64,000 nucleotides of DNA from Trichodelitschia bisporula (GCA_010356995.1 ML996694.1:185224-249223), one strand, 5' to 3'. Shown: positions 1 to 11,930, counted from the stretch's first letter. Made by a program: numbers and translations. The notes: generated by a model not told the origin, from the sequence alone.

Positions 1-490
1 GCTCGGGGTCGCCGTTGGCGTCGAGCGGGGGATTCTGGATCCAGGATCGCTGGCCGGAATTGCCGACGCCGGCGCTTGGGATTAGGATGTCGAGGGTGTG
101 GTTGGGGGAGAAGGCGAGGCTGGCTTTGAAGGCGGCGATGAGGGAGGGCCAGGAGGTTACGTCGGTTTTGATGAATTGCGCGCTGGAGAGGTTAGCTGGG
201 TGGGTAGAGTTATGGGAGGAGGAGGTACTGTAGCCCCTGGTCGGTGAGTTGCCCGGCTGTATCGTTGCCGTCGGTTTCGTTGATGTCGGCGATTGTCACG
301 TAGGCGCTGGGACGTCAGTTGAGTTCATCGGATTGGCTTGGGAGAATTACCCCGCTTCAGCGAGCGCGATGGCGCAGCCTTGCCCGATGCCCGTGGCGCC
401 GCCGGTGATGAGCACGGTTTTGCCCTTTAGGCTGGCTGTGTCGAGGGACGACGACAGGTCGATCTTGGGGCTCCACTTGTCGGTCTCCAT
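1..490 (-). CDS. Short-chain dehydrogenase/reductase, 5' part (runs off the window start)
   Basis: ATG at 490; translation METDKWSPKIDLSSSLDTASLKGKTVLITGGATGIGQGCAIALAEAG / AYVTIADINE... / AQFIKTDVTSWPSL...LDILIPSAGV has the TGxxxGIG, DVT and xAG SDR motifs; two short GT-AG introns (~349-307, ~228-185). Confidence 0.88.
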
Positions 491-1428
491 GGCTGAAAGA
501 TCACAATAGCAAATGAGGGGAAAGAGCAGAGGTGTCTAGCCTTATATTTCTCCGCCCTGTTCCCCCGGATGAGCTTATGTACGTAGCGGCGCCCACGCGA
601 ATTAGTCTACCCCGCGGAATACGCCTGAACTAGGGGTTCCTTGCGGGTGCGAGATCTGCCGAGGAGAGACGCCAGTAAGTGAGATAGATTAATGAGATAT
701 GGGATAGGCACAAAAGAGGGGCTTAGTTGTATCGGTATAGGTGCTTTTCGCCGATCTAAGGGCCTGTGAACGACTGGAGGAACAGAATCGTGATAGATGA
801 ACGGCGGATTGTCCGGGATAGGTCGGCCAGTAAGGCTGCTTGGATCGGTTGCTTATCCGAAGACGAGGCATGGGGCAAGCTACAGTTGTCATTGGACTAC
901 GATATATCACCTTTAAAGGAAAGAGGGGAAGGCTGAGGGGAAAGGCTGAGAGAGTGGGGTGAGCGGATGAGGTGAGGTGTCCGGGTGGACAAAATTAATG
1001 CCTCAGGCTCTACCGTTGAAGACCGTTGATCTCCAGGCAGCGACAAGCGTCAGTGGCATCATCCTCTTCCATTCTTCCCCACACCACCAATACACCCCGG
1101 CATTGTTGAGACGCACGGCAGGACAGACTCGATAACCAACGCCTTTACCATCCGAGGTGGGTGCCCGTCCTGCGACCAACTTTCCATCCCCCATCTCGGC
1201 TATGCTGACGTCCCGGTCAACCGGCAGAGCTTCTTCCCCTCCATGATGCCCAGAGCTTCACAACCGACTCAACGGCTCTCGGCCTTCTAAGATCATCCAT
1301 CCCATTTCATATCTGCATCCATATTTATCACATCCTTGTCTCCGAACACACCCGCATCGTCCGCAGCCTTAAAACTGCCATATCCATAGCTCAGAGCTCC
1401 CGGACAGAGTTCCGACCAAACCCCCACA

Positions 1429-3768
1429 ATGAACAACTTCGTCTACGACCTCTTCCTCTGGACCTTCTCGGTCCTGGTCGACCTCTTCTTCCGTGAAGTC
1501 CACCCCCGCGGCTCATGGAAGGTCCCGCGTAAAGGGCCGGTGATTTTCGTTGCCGCGCCTCATGCAAACCAAGTACGCGCCGCGTCCCACCGCACGCCGC
1601 ACTGCTAACCGTCGTAGTTCGTCGACTCCCTCATCCTTATGCGCCTCGTGCGAATTGAGGCCCGCCGCCGCATCGTCTTCCTCATCGCCGAAAAGTCCAT
1701 GCGTCGCCGCTTTATCGGCTTTGCCGCCCGACTCATTGGCGCTATACCCGTTGGCCGCGCCCTAGACAGCACTAAGGCTGCGCCCGGGCGCATATACCTC
1801 CCGGATCCCGAGAACGAACCGCTGCTGGTGCGCGGCGTGGGCACGAATTTTGAGGACAAGGAATTCCAGGTTGGCGGATTGCTTGTGCTTCCGAATGTCA
1901 ACCACGCAGCGGCCAATGCCGAGATTCTGGAGATTGTGGGGCCAGAGGAGATTCGACTTAAGAAACCCTTCAAGGGAGCTGGTTTGGACCTTGTGACGGG
2001 CAAGCAGCTCGTTGTGCCGGATGGCGAGGATAGAGAGGAGCTGGAGCGGGTCTGGAAGGAACATGGCTTTCAGGGATCGCGGTTTAGGATCGCGCCCAAG
2101 GTCGACCAGACACATGTTTACGACTCGGTTTTTGAGTGTCTTCACGATGGGGGGTGCATTGGCATATTCCCCGAGGGGGGTAGCCATGATCGGACGGAGC
2201 TGCTGCCGTTGAAACGTATGTGCTCCCCAATATTCTCATTGCCTAAGCTTGCTAACTTGTAAAGCTGGTGTCGCTATCATGGCGCTAGGAGCCCTCGCTG
2301 CGGACCCCAATTGCGGACTGAAGATTGTCCCTTGCGGCATGAATTACTTCCATGCACATAAGTTCCGCTCGCGGGCGGTTGTCGAGTTTGGTACACCTGT
2401 GGAGCCGTCGCGCGAGCTAGTGGAACTGTATAAGAAGGGCGAGCGGCGAGAGGCTGTTGGCCAGTTGTTGGACACTGTGTACAACTCACTGGTGTCGGTT
2501 ACGGTGACGACGCCCGATTACGATACGCTGATGGTGAGTCCTCTTTCGGGTCTGCGGGAGCCACGCTAATCGTGCAGCTCATTCAAGCTGTCCGTCGTTT
2601 ATACAACCCCAAGGGCAAGAAACTGCCACTGCCCATGGTCATCGAGCTGAACCGCCGACTGGTCAAGGGCTACGCGCGCTACAAGGACGACCCGCGCATC
2701 GTCGACCTTAAGAAGGCCGTGCTGAGATACAATCACCGCCTGCTGTCGCTCAACATCCGTGATCACCAGGTCGATTACGCTAAGCTGCCTATTTTGAAGG
2801 TGCTCTTTCTCTTCGTATACAGACTGGTCAAGATTGTGCTGCTCTCGGTGGGCGTGCTCCCTGGGCTCATTCTCTTTGCACCCGTCTTCATCGCCGGCAA
2901 GATCATTTCCATCAAGAAGTCACGTGAAGCACTCGCCGCCTCAACCGTCAAGATCACCGGCAGCGATGTTATCGCCACGTGGAAGCTGCTCGTCTCACTC
3001 GCACTTGCACCGGCGCTGTACAACTTCTACACCTTGCTCCTGGCGTACTGGACCTACAAGAACCGCGTATGGGGAATTGTGCCCGAGTGGGTCCCCCTGT
3101 GGGCCATCTTCATCTTCGGCTACATCTTTTTCCCAACCATCACGTACGCCGCGCTCCGCTTCGGCGAAATCGGCATGGACATTGCGAAGTCGCTCTGGCC
3201 GCTCCTCGTCTCCCTGAGCCCCGCGCACGGCAACCAGCTCGTAAAGCTGCGCGAGCGGCGCGCGACGCTCGCGGCTCAGGTCACGGATCTGATTAACGAA
3301 CTTGGGCCGGAAATGTTTCCGGACTTTGACTCGTCGCGCATTATTGCAGATCCGTATCACGAGACGCAGTTGCTGCACAAGCACGACTCGTATGGGCGCT
3401 CGCGACGCGACTCCGAGCTCGACGGATGGAGCGAGCCGACGACGCCGACGCAGCCTGCGAGCACGCATATCCATTTCGCGACGGAGACGGGGAGTGCACA
3501 GGGCCATTTGCCGCGGAATGAGTCGTTTAAGAATATTGGTGATATTGGGCTTTTCAGTTCGCGGCCGAGCACGCCGCATCATCATCGGAGTAGGAGCAGG
3601 ACGAGTAGTGGGGGGTTCCCGATTCAGGGGTTTAGTGCGCTGGATGGGAGGGAGGGGTTTGATGAGGTTAGTAAAAAGATTCGCGGGGCGATGAGGGAGA
3701 GGGGGATTAGGAGGAGGACGAGTGAGACGGAGAGGGCTTGGGAGGTGGGGAGTGGGGGGGGGGAGTGA
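1429..3768 (+). CDS. SCT1: Glycerol-3-phosphate/DHAP O-acyltransferase (Sct1/Gpt2 family)
   Basis: MNNFVYDLFLW...APHANQ|FVD (HxxxxD), IFPEGGSHD motif, C-terminal TM segments; introns ~1573-1617, ~2216-2264, ~2534-2577. The poly-G run near 3754-3763 may hide a 1-nt error (alternative end ...ENGDANGKKHL* near 3802). Confidence 0.93.
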
Positions 3769-5371
3769 GAATGGGGATGCGAATGGGAAGAAGCATCTGT
3801 GAGGTGCTTGGGTGTGCTAGGACGGATTGTGTTACTGTGATACCCATGTGTAGATGACGGTGGGAGGGTGGTGGATGGCTGGGTTGGAGGTTTGTTCTCG
3901 GATCAGAGCTTTTGATGGTATTCTTGTACTTGTGTTGATCGTTGGGTGGGCTGGAGACGAAATTACGAGGCACGAGTGCTACTTGTAGAGGCAATTTATC
4001 ATTTCGATGTTGATATGCATTTGTAGATGATGCTATTTCTGGGATTGAGGAAGCGAGTCATGCTTGCTGCTGTTGCCTTGAACCATTCCCCCATGCCCGC
4101 CCTACCCGCCGCATCCTCAGGCAGACATGCGCGATAAGGCGGGGATGTGCGTACGGTAGGGGACGACATGCCGCGATCCTGGGCGATGATCGAGGATTGT
4201 CCCATCGCTTCAACACCTTCCCTTCCTTCTTGGGCCGACAGGTAGAAGTTGTAGTTAAGCTAGGATAAAGCGTTTGAGATACACAAAGTTCCGAGATGAG
4301 CACGCCGCATCCTTCTGGAATCGCGCAGTGGAAGAAGCCGTTTTCCCCTCCCGCAGAGATATTCCCGGATCCCACTATGCGTGGGCGGAAGCGGTTTATC
4401 AGCATGCATGATTGGCTGCATCAGCCCGCGCCTGCTGCACGACCTTGGATGATGCAGCTGGACCAAGAGGGGTGGGATGGGTGGGCGAATGGGTGGAGAG
4501 GTGGGCGAATGGGTGGAGAGGTGGGCGGGCGTGTGTGCGATGGGTGAGAGATGGAGGTGATGGGGGCCAGATGTTGGGGGAGGATTTGGTGGGAAAGTTG
4601 GTGATAGGATGGGAGGCTGTCTAGGGATGTCTTTTTTTGCTGTGATTTCTCGCCTGGGACTTGGGATGAAGGTAAGCGGTGTAAATTTGTCCTCTTCGTC
4701 CTTTCTCCTTCTTCTCTTCTTGTGCTGTTCTTCTTGACTTGCACGATTCTTCTCTTCAATCTTCTTATGACATTCAGCCTCATCCACCGCAATTCCATCT
4801 CCGCACGGACAAAAAGGCCCAATTGCTGCCTCGTCGTCGCCTGCTTGATCGGCGCCAGGAGCCAAGGCCTCAAGGCCCCCCCTCGAGCTGCGGCGATGAC
4901 CCTGGGCTGAACCTCCTTCTCCGATCCGTCACCACTACTACATCTCCTCGTCGTTCGCGCAAACACTTACATCGTCGTTTAATTTCACCGATCGCTGCGT
5001 AGAGCATTTGTTGGTCTGCATCGTTGCGCTCCCACCCTTGTCTTTGTTCGTGTCGGTTTATCATTGTTCGCTCGGGATCGAGAGCATTTTGCGCACCGCA
5101 CCGGAGACGTCGGCTTGATTGCAGCCTTGCTGGGAACTGGATCGACACTGCGATTGAGGTGCTGGGATGCGCGTAGGAGCTTGGGGACAACGCGACATCG
5201 ACTGCGCGGCTGAAGCAGTTGCGGCTGGTGGTGGAGTGAGCGAAGCACTGCAGTGAAGCCGACGACGGCTAGGTGCGTCAACACCGACGCACTCGATGCG
5301 CATTACTGACATCCGCGGCAGATAGTCCTCCTTAATCCTCATAATACCTACCGAGACCATCCCGATTCACA

Positions 5372-8300
5372 ATGTTCGCTAAGTTACGCCCCCACCACAA
5401 GCGCGCCGGCTCAACACCCACCTCTCCCACACCACCCGGTCTCCCAGCACTCGTCCTCCCTCCGAACTCAAGCCATGCGACCGGAAGCACGCCGAGCGGT
5501 CTCTACACGAGTCCTCAACCCCCGCCGGGACATTTCGCACAATCGAGCGGCCCGCAGGCGCAATCCGCGCAGCAGCCTCGCGACGCTAGACCCGACACCG
5601 ACTCGCCCAACAGCTTCTTCTACTTTGCGCGCGTGCCCGAGCCCGAGACGCCCAGTTTGCAACCCACGAGCTCGATCGAATCGCCGATCAGCCCTTTCCC
5701 GCCTACGCTCCCGCCGATACCGCGTATCGCGAGCGTCGTCTACGATAAGCAACAGGCGGCCCAGGCGCTCCAGCCGCAGCAGCAAGAAGACACGTCCGTT
5801 CCAGACCGCCAACATTCATTCGACTTCCCGTTCGACCGCCCGCGCCGCGCCACCGAGTCCAGCATCGAACGGCACAATGCCCCGCTGCCGCAACCACCGG
5901 AACCAAGTCCGGGACTACCACCGCCGCCACTGCCTCCGAAGCAGGCTCTCGAGCCCGGGTATGGACGAGAGGCACCCTACCAGTCGTATACGCCGGAGCC
6001 GCAGTATGCGTCCCCGCCAGAGGGCCGCATGATGCTCCATGCGAACGAGCCGCTGCGGATGCCGTCGAATCATTCTAGCCATTCGGCTGAGTGGAAGGCG
6101 CTGCCTGACCCGGGGAGGGTGGAGAATCGGCCGCCACTCGGGGAGAACCGCGAGAACCGGCTGATGCCGACGGTGTCGAACGAGTACCGCCAACCGCCGT
6201 TTCACTCCTCGGAACCGCGCCCGCAGCCCACTTTCTCCGAGCCGCCGCGCGCACCGCCTCCGCGCGCTGCCCCCGGTCCGCGCTATCCTGTCGCTCCTGT
6301 TCCGCGTACCGGCAAAACTAAGCTTAACTTGCTGAATCCGATGTCACTCCTGCTGCGCCGCCGCTCAGCGCACCCTCTCGAGCCGCTCGCCAACGACGCC
6401 CTGGCCACAAGCAAAGGCCGCACCCCGCCCATGCGCGATAACTTTGAAGTCTCGATCCGCGGCACAGGCATACATGATTTCAGCGCCCCGCGCACGCGGC
6501 GGAATTTCAGCGCGCCGGTGGAGGGCTTGGAACTTGAGCGCGAGCGGGAGCGAGAAAGGTCGATGCTCAGGCCAGTGAAAGAGACCGGATCGCGAACGCC
6601 GGTTTTCAAGGAGAATTTTGAGGAGGATGGGGAGGGGGCCCGCGCGGAGATGCTTGAGAATCGAGACTTTGTGGCGAGGAATTCGAGGTTGTTGGGGGAT
6701 GAGAGGAGGGATGAGAGGGGGGATAAGGCACTGCCGGTGGTGGGGGAGGGGTTGGAGGGTTTGCCGCTGCCGGTGCCACCGGTGCCGCCGTTTGTGGTTA
6801 GTGAGCCGCCGCCGATGATGGAGAGGATGCAGGCGCAGATGCTTGAGGCGCCTGCACAGGTGACACGCGGTCCATTATCGCCGCTGATGGAGGACGGGCC
6901 CGTGTCGTCGCTCTCCGACGATGCCGCCCCCGATACATCTCCACAGGATTCAAAGCGCAAATCCACCCGCGAACCACCCCAGTCCCGCGCCTCGCGCATC
7001 AGCCACGTCTCCTCGCACGCATCGCGCACGTCCCGCGTATCGCAGATATCCCGGCGCAGCACCGCGAGCGGCGAATTCCAGTCCGCGGGCCTGCCGGCGC
7101 ATATGTTTTCCCGCAGTTCACGGTTTAGCTTTCAGTATGCGGGGGTGGAGGCTGCAGCGCAGGAAAGGGCACTGGAGGAGGCGCATACGAAGAAGGAACG
7201 AGAGAGGAGGAGGAGGTATGGGGATGGGGATGGCGATGGGGATGGGCATTCAGGGGTTGCCGATGCAGATGCCCATGGGTGTGGGGATGGCGATGCCCAT
7301 GGGTGTTGAGGGGGGCCAGATGGGGCAGATGCCGATGGGGATGGGTTTGCCGGCTGGAATGGGTCTGCCGCCGGGCATGACTCTCCCTCCGGGTATGGCT
7401 TTTCCTCAAGGCTTCGCCTTCCCCCAGGGCATGTCCATCCCGCCGTTCAACGGCAGCCTTCCGATGAGCCCTGTATCACCGATGTCTGGGCTCGGCATCC
7501 TACCAACCATCTCGCCCGATACCACCGACCCGCAATCATCCATCTCTCCTCCGCAACCATCTACCTCGACGGACGCTAACTCTCTCCCTCTTCCGCAACC
7601 CCCACCGGCAGATGAATCCCCCGTCCTGCCGCACCTCGTCTCCCCAGATGCAGGCTCGACGGCCACCTTCCCGCAACCAGCGCCTACTGCCGCACCGGCC
7701 CCTGAACCCGAAGCGAAGGCAAAAGACGACGACTTCTACTTTGACGACGGAATGATGTCAGACGCAGACTTCCACATCCCGGATGGCGAAGAAGGCTTCG
7801 ACGAGGAACTCTTTGACGAGATGGAGCGGCCCGCACCTGTCGCCATGTCCTCCCCTCCACCTCCACCGGCACCGGCCCCTGTACCCCCAACCACCGCTGC
7901 CCCCGACCCCGCCCCCGGAAGCGCAGTAAAGCAACCCGACCACGCCATGGCAGCGTACTACTCCGCTCTCGCCCAAGCCGCCAACCAAGCCGCCGCCGAG
8001 GGGCGCTTCAGTCGGCATGATAGTTTTAGCTTGCACTCGCCGCGGACTGGCGACTCCGCCCACGACCCCGACCCACCCTCCGCCCCCTACAGCTCCTCCC
8101 GCCCCAGCCTCATCCCCGACGACTCCCGGGTGAGCCAAGCGCCCTCGCTGTCCCCGCCGCCGGTGCCCGAACCGTCGCACCTGAGTTCTACGTCTGGCAC
8201 GTTGAGTACGCCGGCGAAGGGGGGGTTTTATGGGTATGGAGATCCGTACGGGGATGATGAGTTTGGGTTCGATTACAGCGACTACGATTCCGCGCTCGAG

Positions 8301-9535
8301 GATGATGGGGTTATTGCCGCTGCGAACGCGGAGGCGCTAGCACAAGACGAAGAGGGCGTCTACGGGCGGGAATTCGGCTTCTACGCCCGCGCCCCGGCGT
8401 CCGGCGAGGCTAGTCCCGCTGATGAAACGGGTCTTGGTGGGTATTTCGGCCCGAAGACGTGGGGCGAGGTACGCCGGAATCGCAGTACGCGGGAGCCGAA
8501 TTTGACGCCAATTACGGAGCGGAGTGAGTATAGTACGCGGAATAGTTTCCTGGCTGGTGGGGAGACGGGGGAGAGGGGGAGGGGCGCGAGTCCGCCGCTG
8601 CTGCTGNNNNNNNNNNNNNNNNNNNNNNNNNNNNNNNNNNNNNNNNNNNNNNNNNNNNNNNNNNNNNNNNNNNNNNNNNNNNNNNNNNNNNNNNNNNNNN
8701 NNNNNNNNNNNNNNNNNNNNNNNNNNNNNNNNNNNNNNNNNNNNNNNNNNNNNNNNNNNNNNNNNNNNNNNNNNNNNNNNNNNNNNNNNNNNNNNNNNNN
8801 NNNNNNNNNNNNNNNNNNNNNNNNNNNNNNNNNNNNNNNNNGGGGGGGAGTCAGACGAGTTTGGGGAGTTTGGGGAGTGGGGGGGTGGGTGGGAGTCCGG
8901 GGGGGGCGCCAAGTACGTCGACGCCGGCGATGGGGGAGAGGTGGAGGGGTTTTGGGGGGTTGGGGGTTGATTTTGACCCCGAGGGGGGTGGGGAGGGGGA
9001 TGGGGTGGAGTATGCGGGTGGTGATGAGGAGGAGTATGATGATGAGCCGTTCGATCCGGATATGCTGGATGAAGCGAACGCGCTGGCGGATCAGCCCGGC
9101 AGTGAGGAGAGTAGTGTGTATGGGGACGGGGAGGGGAGGCACCCGGTGCTTGATAGTCCGACAATACGGGCTGCGGGTGTCGGGAGCTTGGGCTTACTGG
9201 TCCCGGAGGGGATGGGCACGGGTGTGCCGAAGTTGGCGCTCACGAGTCCGACGCTTAATTCGATGCCTAGGATGTTGGAGCCTGTGTCACCGGTGCCGAG
9301 AGAGGAGGGGATGGTGGGGAATGCTGGTTCGCAGGCGTCGTCGATGCTCGCGCAGCTGCCGCCGCAGCGTGCGCAGGGCCATGCTAGGAGCGGGAGTGAC
9401 AGCGTTGCGTACGTGCGGGAGAGGGTTGGGGAGGGGGAGGAGGAGTTTAGATGGGTGCTTGAGCGGAGGAGGACGGGGAGTGATGGGGTTGAGAGTGTAG
9501 TTGGGAGGGTTGTTGTTGAGGGGGGGAGGATTTGA
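5372..9535 (+). CDS. Large Pro/Ser-rich conserved fungal protein of unknown function (disrupted by a frame break near 7215 and an N gap)
   Basis: Three consecutive ORFs (5372-7309, 6921-8606, ~8850-9535) with non-random blocks LNLLNPMSLLLRRRS, IRGTGIHDFSAPR, SRFSFQ, IAAANAEALA, EPNLTPITERSEYS, HARSGSDSVAYVRE...WVLERRRT, read as one gene. Confidence 0.72.
8607..8841. other. Assembly gap (235 N)
   Basis: Run of N inside the coding region, bordered by G-rich sequence. Confidence 0.99.
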
Positions 9536-9711
9536 GGTTCCGATGGGATTGGGCGGGGGTTGGGAGTACAGGAAGTGGTGTTCTGGGATGGAAAAGCTAT
9601 TGTTTGGGTGGGGGGGTATTGATGACTGTAGATGGAGTGATGGGCCTGTATATGGCCTGTAGATTTGTAGATGCTGCGGGAGCTGTGTCTAATGAAGCGA
9701 TGTTTAAAGAA

Positions 9712-11208
9712 TCATCGCCATTTAGCGTACTCTGCTTCCTCCGCCATCCGTTCCTTGACTAGGTTTACTACGCCCGCGCTGTACACCTCCTCCACCCCCT
9801 TCCCTCCCTTCAACACCTCCCGCTCATGCCTCACCCCCTCCTCCTTCGTCATACACACCACCTCCCCCATCCTCACCGTACTCCCCTTCTGCCCCTCAAC
9901 ACTCCCATCAACAACCCTCCCCCTCGGCCTCTCCCACCTCACCAGCACCAGCCTCGTCCCCAACCCACTCACACAGCTCCGTCCCCGCCACACCTCTTCA
10001 ATCAAATACCCAGCATCATCAACATCCAACGGGACCCTAACACCCTCATCCGCCTCCCCCGCCGCGCGCGCCAATCTCTCCTCACTCCCCTGCAGCGCAT
10101 TCAGCGCCGCGTCGTACGTCTTCGGCCTCGCCTTCGCCGCAAAATACTCCCGCGGATAATCCGCCAGGGCCAGGAGAACATGATTCGCAGCCGCGAGGCC
10201 GAAGACCGCGGGGAGTGTGCCTAGGACGGGCAGGATGCGGATGCGGAAGTCCTTCAATACCGATAACTCATCTATGCTTCCTTCCTGGAACTGGGCTTCA
10301 GGGAGGGGGAGAAGTTGCGCCTTGCCGGTGCCCGGCTTTTCGGTTGAGAAGATGGTGGGGATACCGCTGGTTATGCCGAGGGCGCGGAGACGACGCCGTG
10401 TGTGCCGCGAGAGAGGGTCGTCGGTCGTGCTGCTGATGTCCCCGACGAAGACGCGCGTCGGGTCGGATTTACACCCTGCGCCCATGGCGCTGACCACCTT
10501 GATCCCGTTCGTCGCACAATAATGCAGCAAGGCGACCTTACTATCCACATTATCAATCGCATCGACCACCCAATCCGGTTTCCGCCCCTCCCACTCCCCA
10601 AGCAACGCGCCCGCACTCCCCGCACTGAATAATTCAGCCCGGCAATCGAATTTCACCCACGGCGCAACGTGCTCCAACCGCCGCCGCAGCGCATGCACCT
10701 TCGGCGTCCCGACGTCCGCGAGCGTGGCTACCGCGTGTCGGTTCAGGCTGCTCAGGGTAACTTGGTCGAAATCCACGAGCCGGATGGAGCCGATCCCGGA
10801 GCGCACGAGCGCGGCCGCGGCGTGGGAGCCTACGCCGCCGCACCCGACTACGACCACAAAAGACTCGCGAACAGCGGCGAGCCCGGCGGGCGTGAGGAAG
10901 ACAGACGTCCGCGCAAGCTGTTCGTTGATAAGTTCCTGATCATAATCGCCATGCCTCGCGCGAGCCGCAAGGGCAGCCCCACGCGCATCTTCCTTGCTCA
11001 GCGCGGCAGCGCCGTAGGGCGTGAGATGCGTTGCATTACCGTCGATGGGCGGGATGGCGGATTTGATTTCGCGCAGGCGCTGCTCGCGGCTTAGACGCTG
11101 GTAGCTGAGGAGCAGACCGAGGGCGAGGGTGGAGGACGCGACGGCGGTGAGGGCTAACTGTGTGCGTTGCGTGAGAGATGTGGGGGAGGGGATGGATGGC
11201 CAGGGCAT
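9712..11208 (-). CDS. TCD1: tRNA threonylcarbamoyladenosine dehydratase (ThiF/E1-like, Tcd1/Tcd2 family)
   Basis: 498 aa intronless ORF; N-terminal TM anchor, VVVVGCGGVGS, DFDQVTLSSLNRH, DAIDN, AMGAGCKSDPT, RILPVLGTLPAVFG. Confidence 0.92.
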   Translation of the reverse strand: MPWPSIPSPTSLTQRTQLALTAVASSTLALGLLLSYQRLSREQRLREIKSAIPPIDGNATHLTPYGAAALSKEDARGAALAARARHGDYDQELINEQLARTSVFLTPAGLAAVRESFVVVVGCGGVGSHAAAALVRSGIGSIRLVDFDQVTLSSLNRHAVATLADVGTPKVHALRRRLEHVAPWVKFDCRAELFSAGSAGALLGEWEGRKPDWVVDAIDNVDSKVALLHYCATNGIKVVSAMGAGCKSDPTRVFVGDISSTTDDPLSRHTRRRLRALGITSGIPTIFSTEKPGTGKAQLLPLPEAQFQEGSIDELSVLKDFRIRILPVLGTLPAVFGLAAANHVLLALADYPREYFAAKARPKTYDAALNALQGSEERLARAAGEADEGVRVPLDVDDAGYLIEEVWRGRSCVSGLGTRLVLVRWERPRGRVVDGSVEGQKGSTVRMGEVVCMTKEEGVRHEREVLKGGKGVEEVYSAGVVNLVKERMAEEAEYAKWR

Positions 11209-11552
11209 TGTGGGGGGCGTGTGGACATGGAGGTGAGGTTTTGGGGGGCGTCAGCTGATGATGAGGCTCTGCTTTTTGAGGTTTGGTGTGGGACGTTGGG
11301 ATCCTGGTCGCGTGTGCCACTGTCCGGGGCCTGCGTGTGGCGGTGCGCCCCACAGCGTGCAACGTCAGGCGAACGGGCCACTTGCTGCCTGTTGCGCGCG
11401 CGCCCGGGCCGGTGGTTCGGAGCCGGGGTTGTTTTAGCACGCGCGACGTCTGCGAACCTTTCTTCGACGTCAACAACACCAGGTGAGTTCGCTTCTGCCC
11501 CGTCGCCCTGCTGCTCATACCATTTAATGTGGGCGAAAGCTAACAGACTAGA

Positions 11553-11646
11553 TCCCAGTGAAGAAACCCTCACAGAGCACCGAAGCAGTGCCGCTGCGCC
11601 TAGCGCGCGCTCTGCAATGCCGGTTTCTGAACAGAGATCTGAGGGA
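11553..11646 (+). ncRNA. Putative box C/D RNA domain 1
   Basis: C box GTGAAGA 11558-11564; CTGA at 11627-11630 (extended stem AGAAACC/GGTTTCT) and at 11639-11642 (terminal stem TCCC/GGGA); starts right after an intron 11483-11551. Confidence 0.55.
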
Positions 11647-11680
11647 GCGGGCTCGAACCCTTTCCCCGCCACTCACATAA

Positions 11681-11769
11681 CGCGCGCGTGACGACAGCCA
11701 TACTTCGAAGCTCCGCGTGCTCGCGTGATGCTGCTGAGAGGGAAAATGTAGTTTTCAATCGGATGCGTG
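11681..11769 (+). ncRNA. Putative box C/D RNA domain 2 (candidate U4 A65-equivalent 2'-O-methyl guide)
   Basis: C box GTGACGA 11688-11694 and D box CGGA 11760-11763 (compensatory C-G at the usual U-U position); terminal stem CGCGCG/TGCGTG; TAGTTTTCAAT directly before D is antisense to conserved U4 UUGAAAACU. Confidence 0.6.
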
Positions 11770-11814
11770 GAGGGGTTGGTTGGGGTTGTGGGTTCGGGTG
11801 CGGCGGGTTGTTCG

Positions 11815-11930
11815 AGTCCTGTGATGAAAGCTGTGTCAAAGCCAAATTTGCAGGCAGCCTGTCCCCTTGCTTACTGCGTGGGCGGGGATGTGGTTGTCGG
11901 TGAGAACAGGTGAGAGCTGATCTGAGGACT
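11815..11930 (+). ncRNA. Box C/D RNA domain 3 (candidate U2 guide)
   Basis: Canonical C box GTGATGA 11821-11827, D box CTGA 11922-11925, terminal stem AGTCC/GGACT, long internal G.U-rich hairpin; AAGCCAAA and AGAACAGGTG are antisense to conserved U2 segments. Confidence 0.72.

Noticed and set aside
4479..4527. 20-bp tandem repeat (also GATGCAC x4 at 41220-41247)
   Set aside because: Simple minisatellites without spacers; not CRISPR-like and no evident function.
11154..11903. Several overlapping 70-175 aa ORFs upstream of TCD
   Set aside because: No domain or codon signal; the region is better explained by the C/D RNA cluster.
11483..11930. Identity as U3, telomerase RNA, RNase P/MRP or TPP riboswitch
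   Set aside because: No U3 box A/A', no telomeric template (CCCTAA repeat), no P4 consensus, no TPP core.
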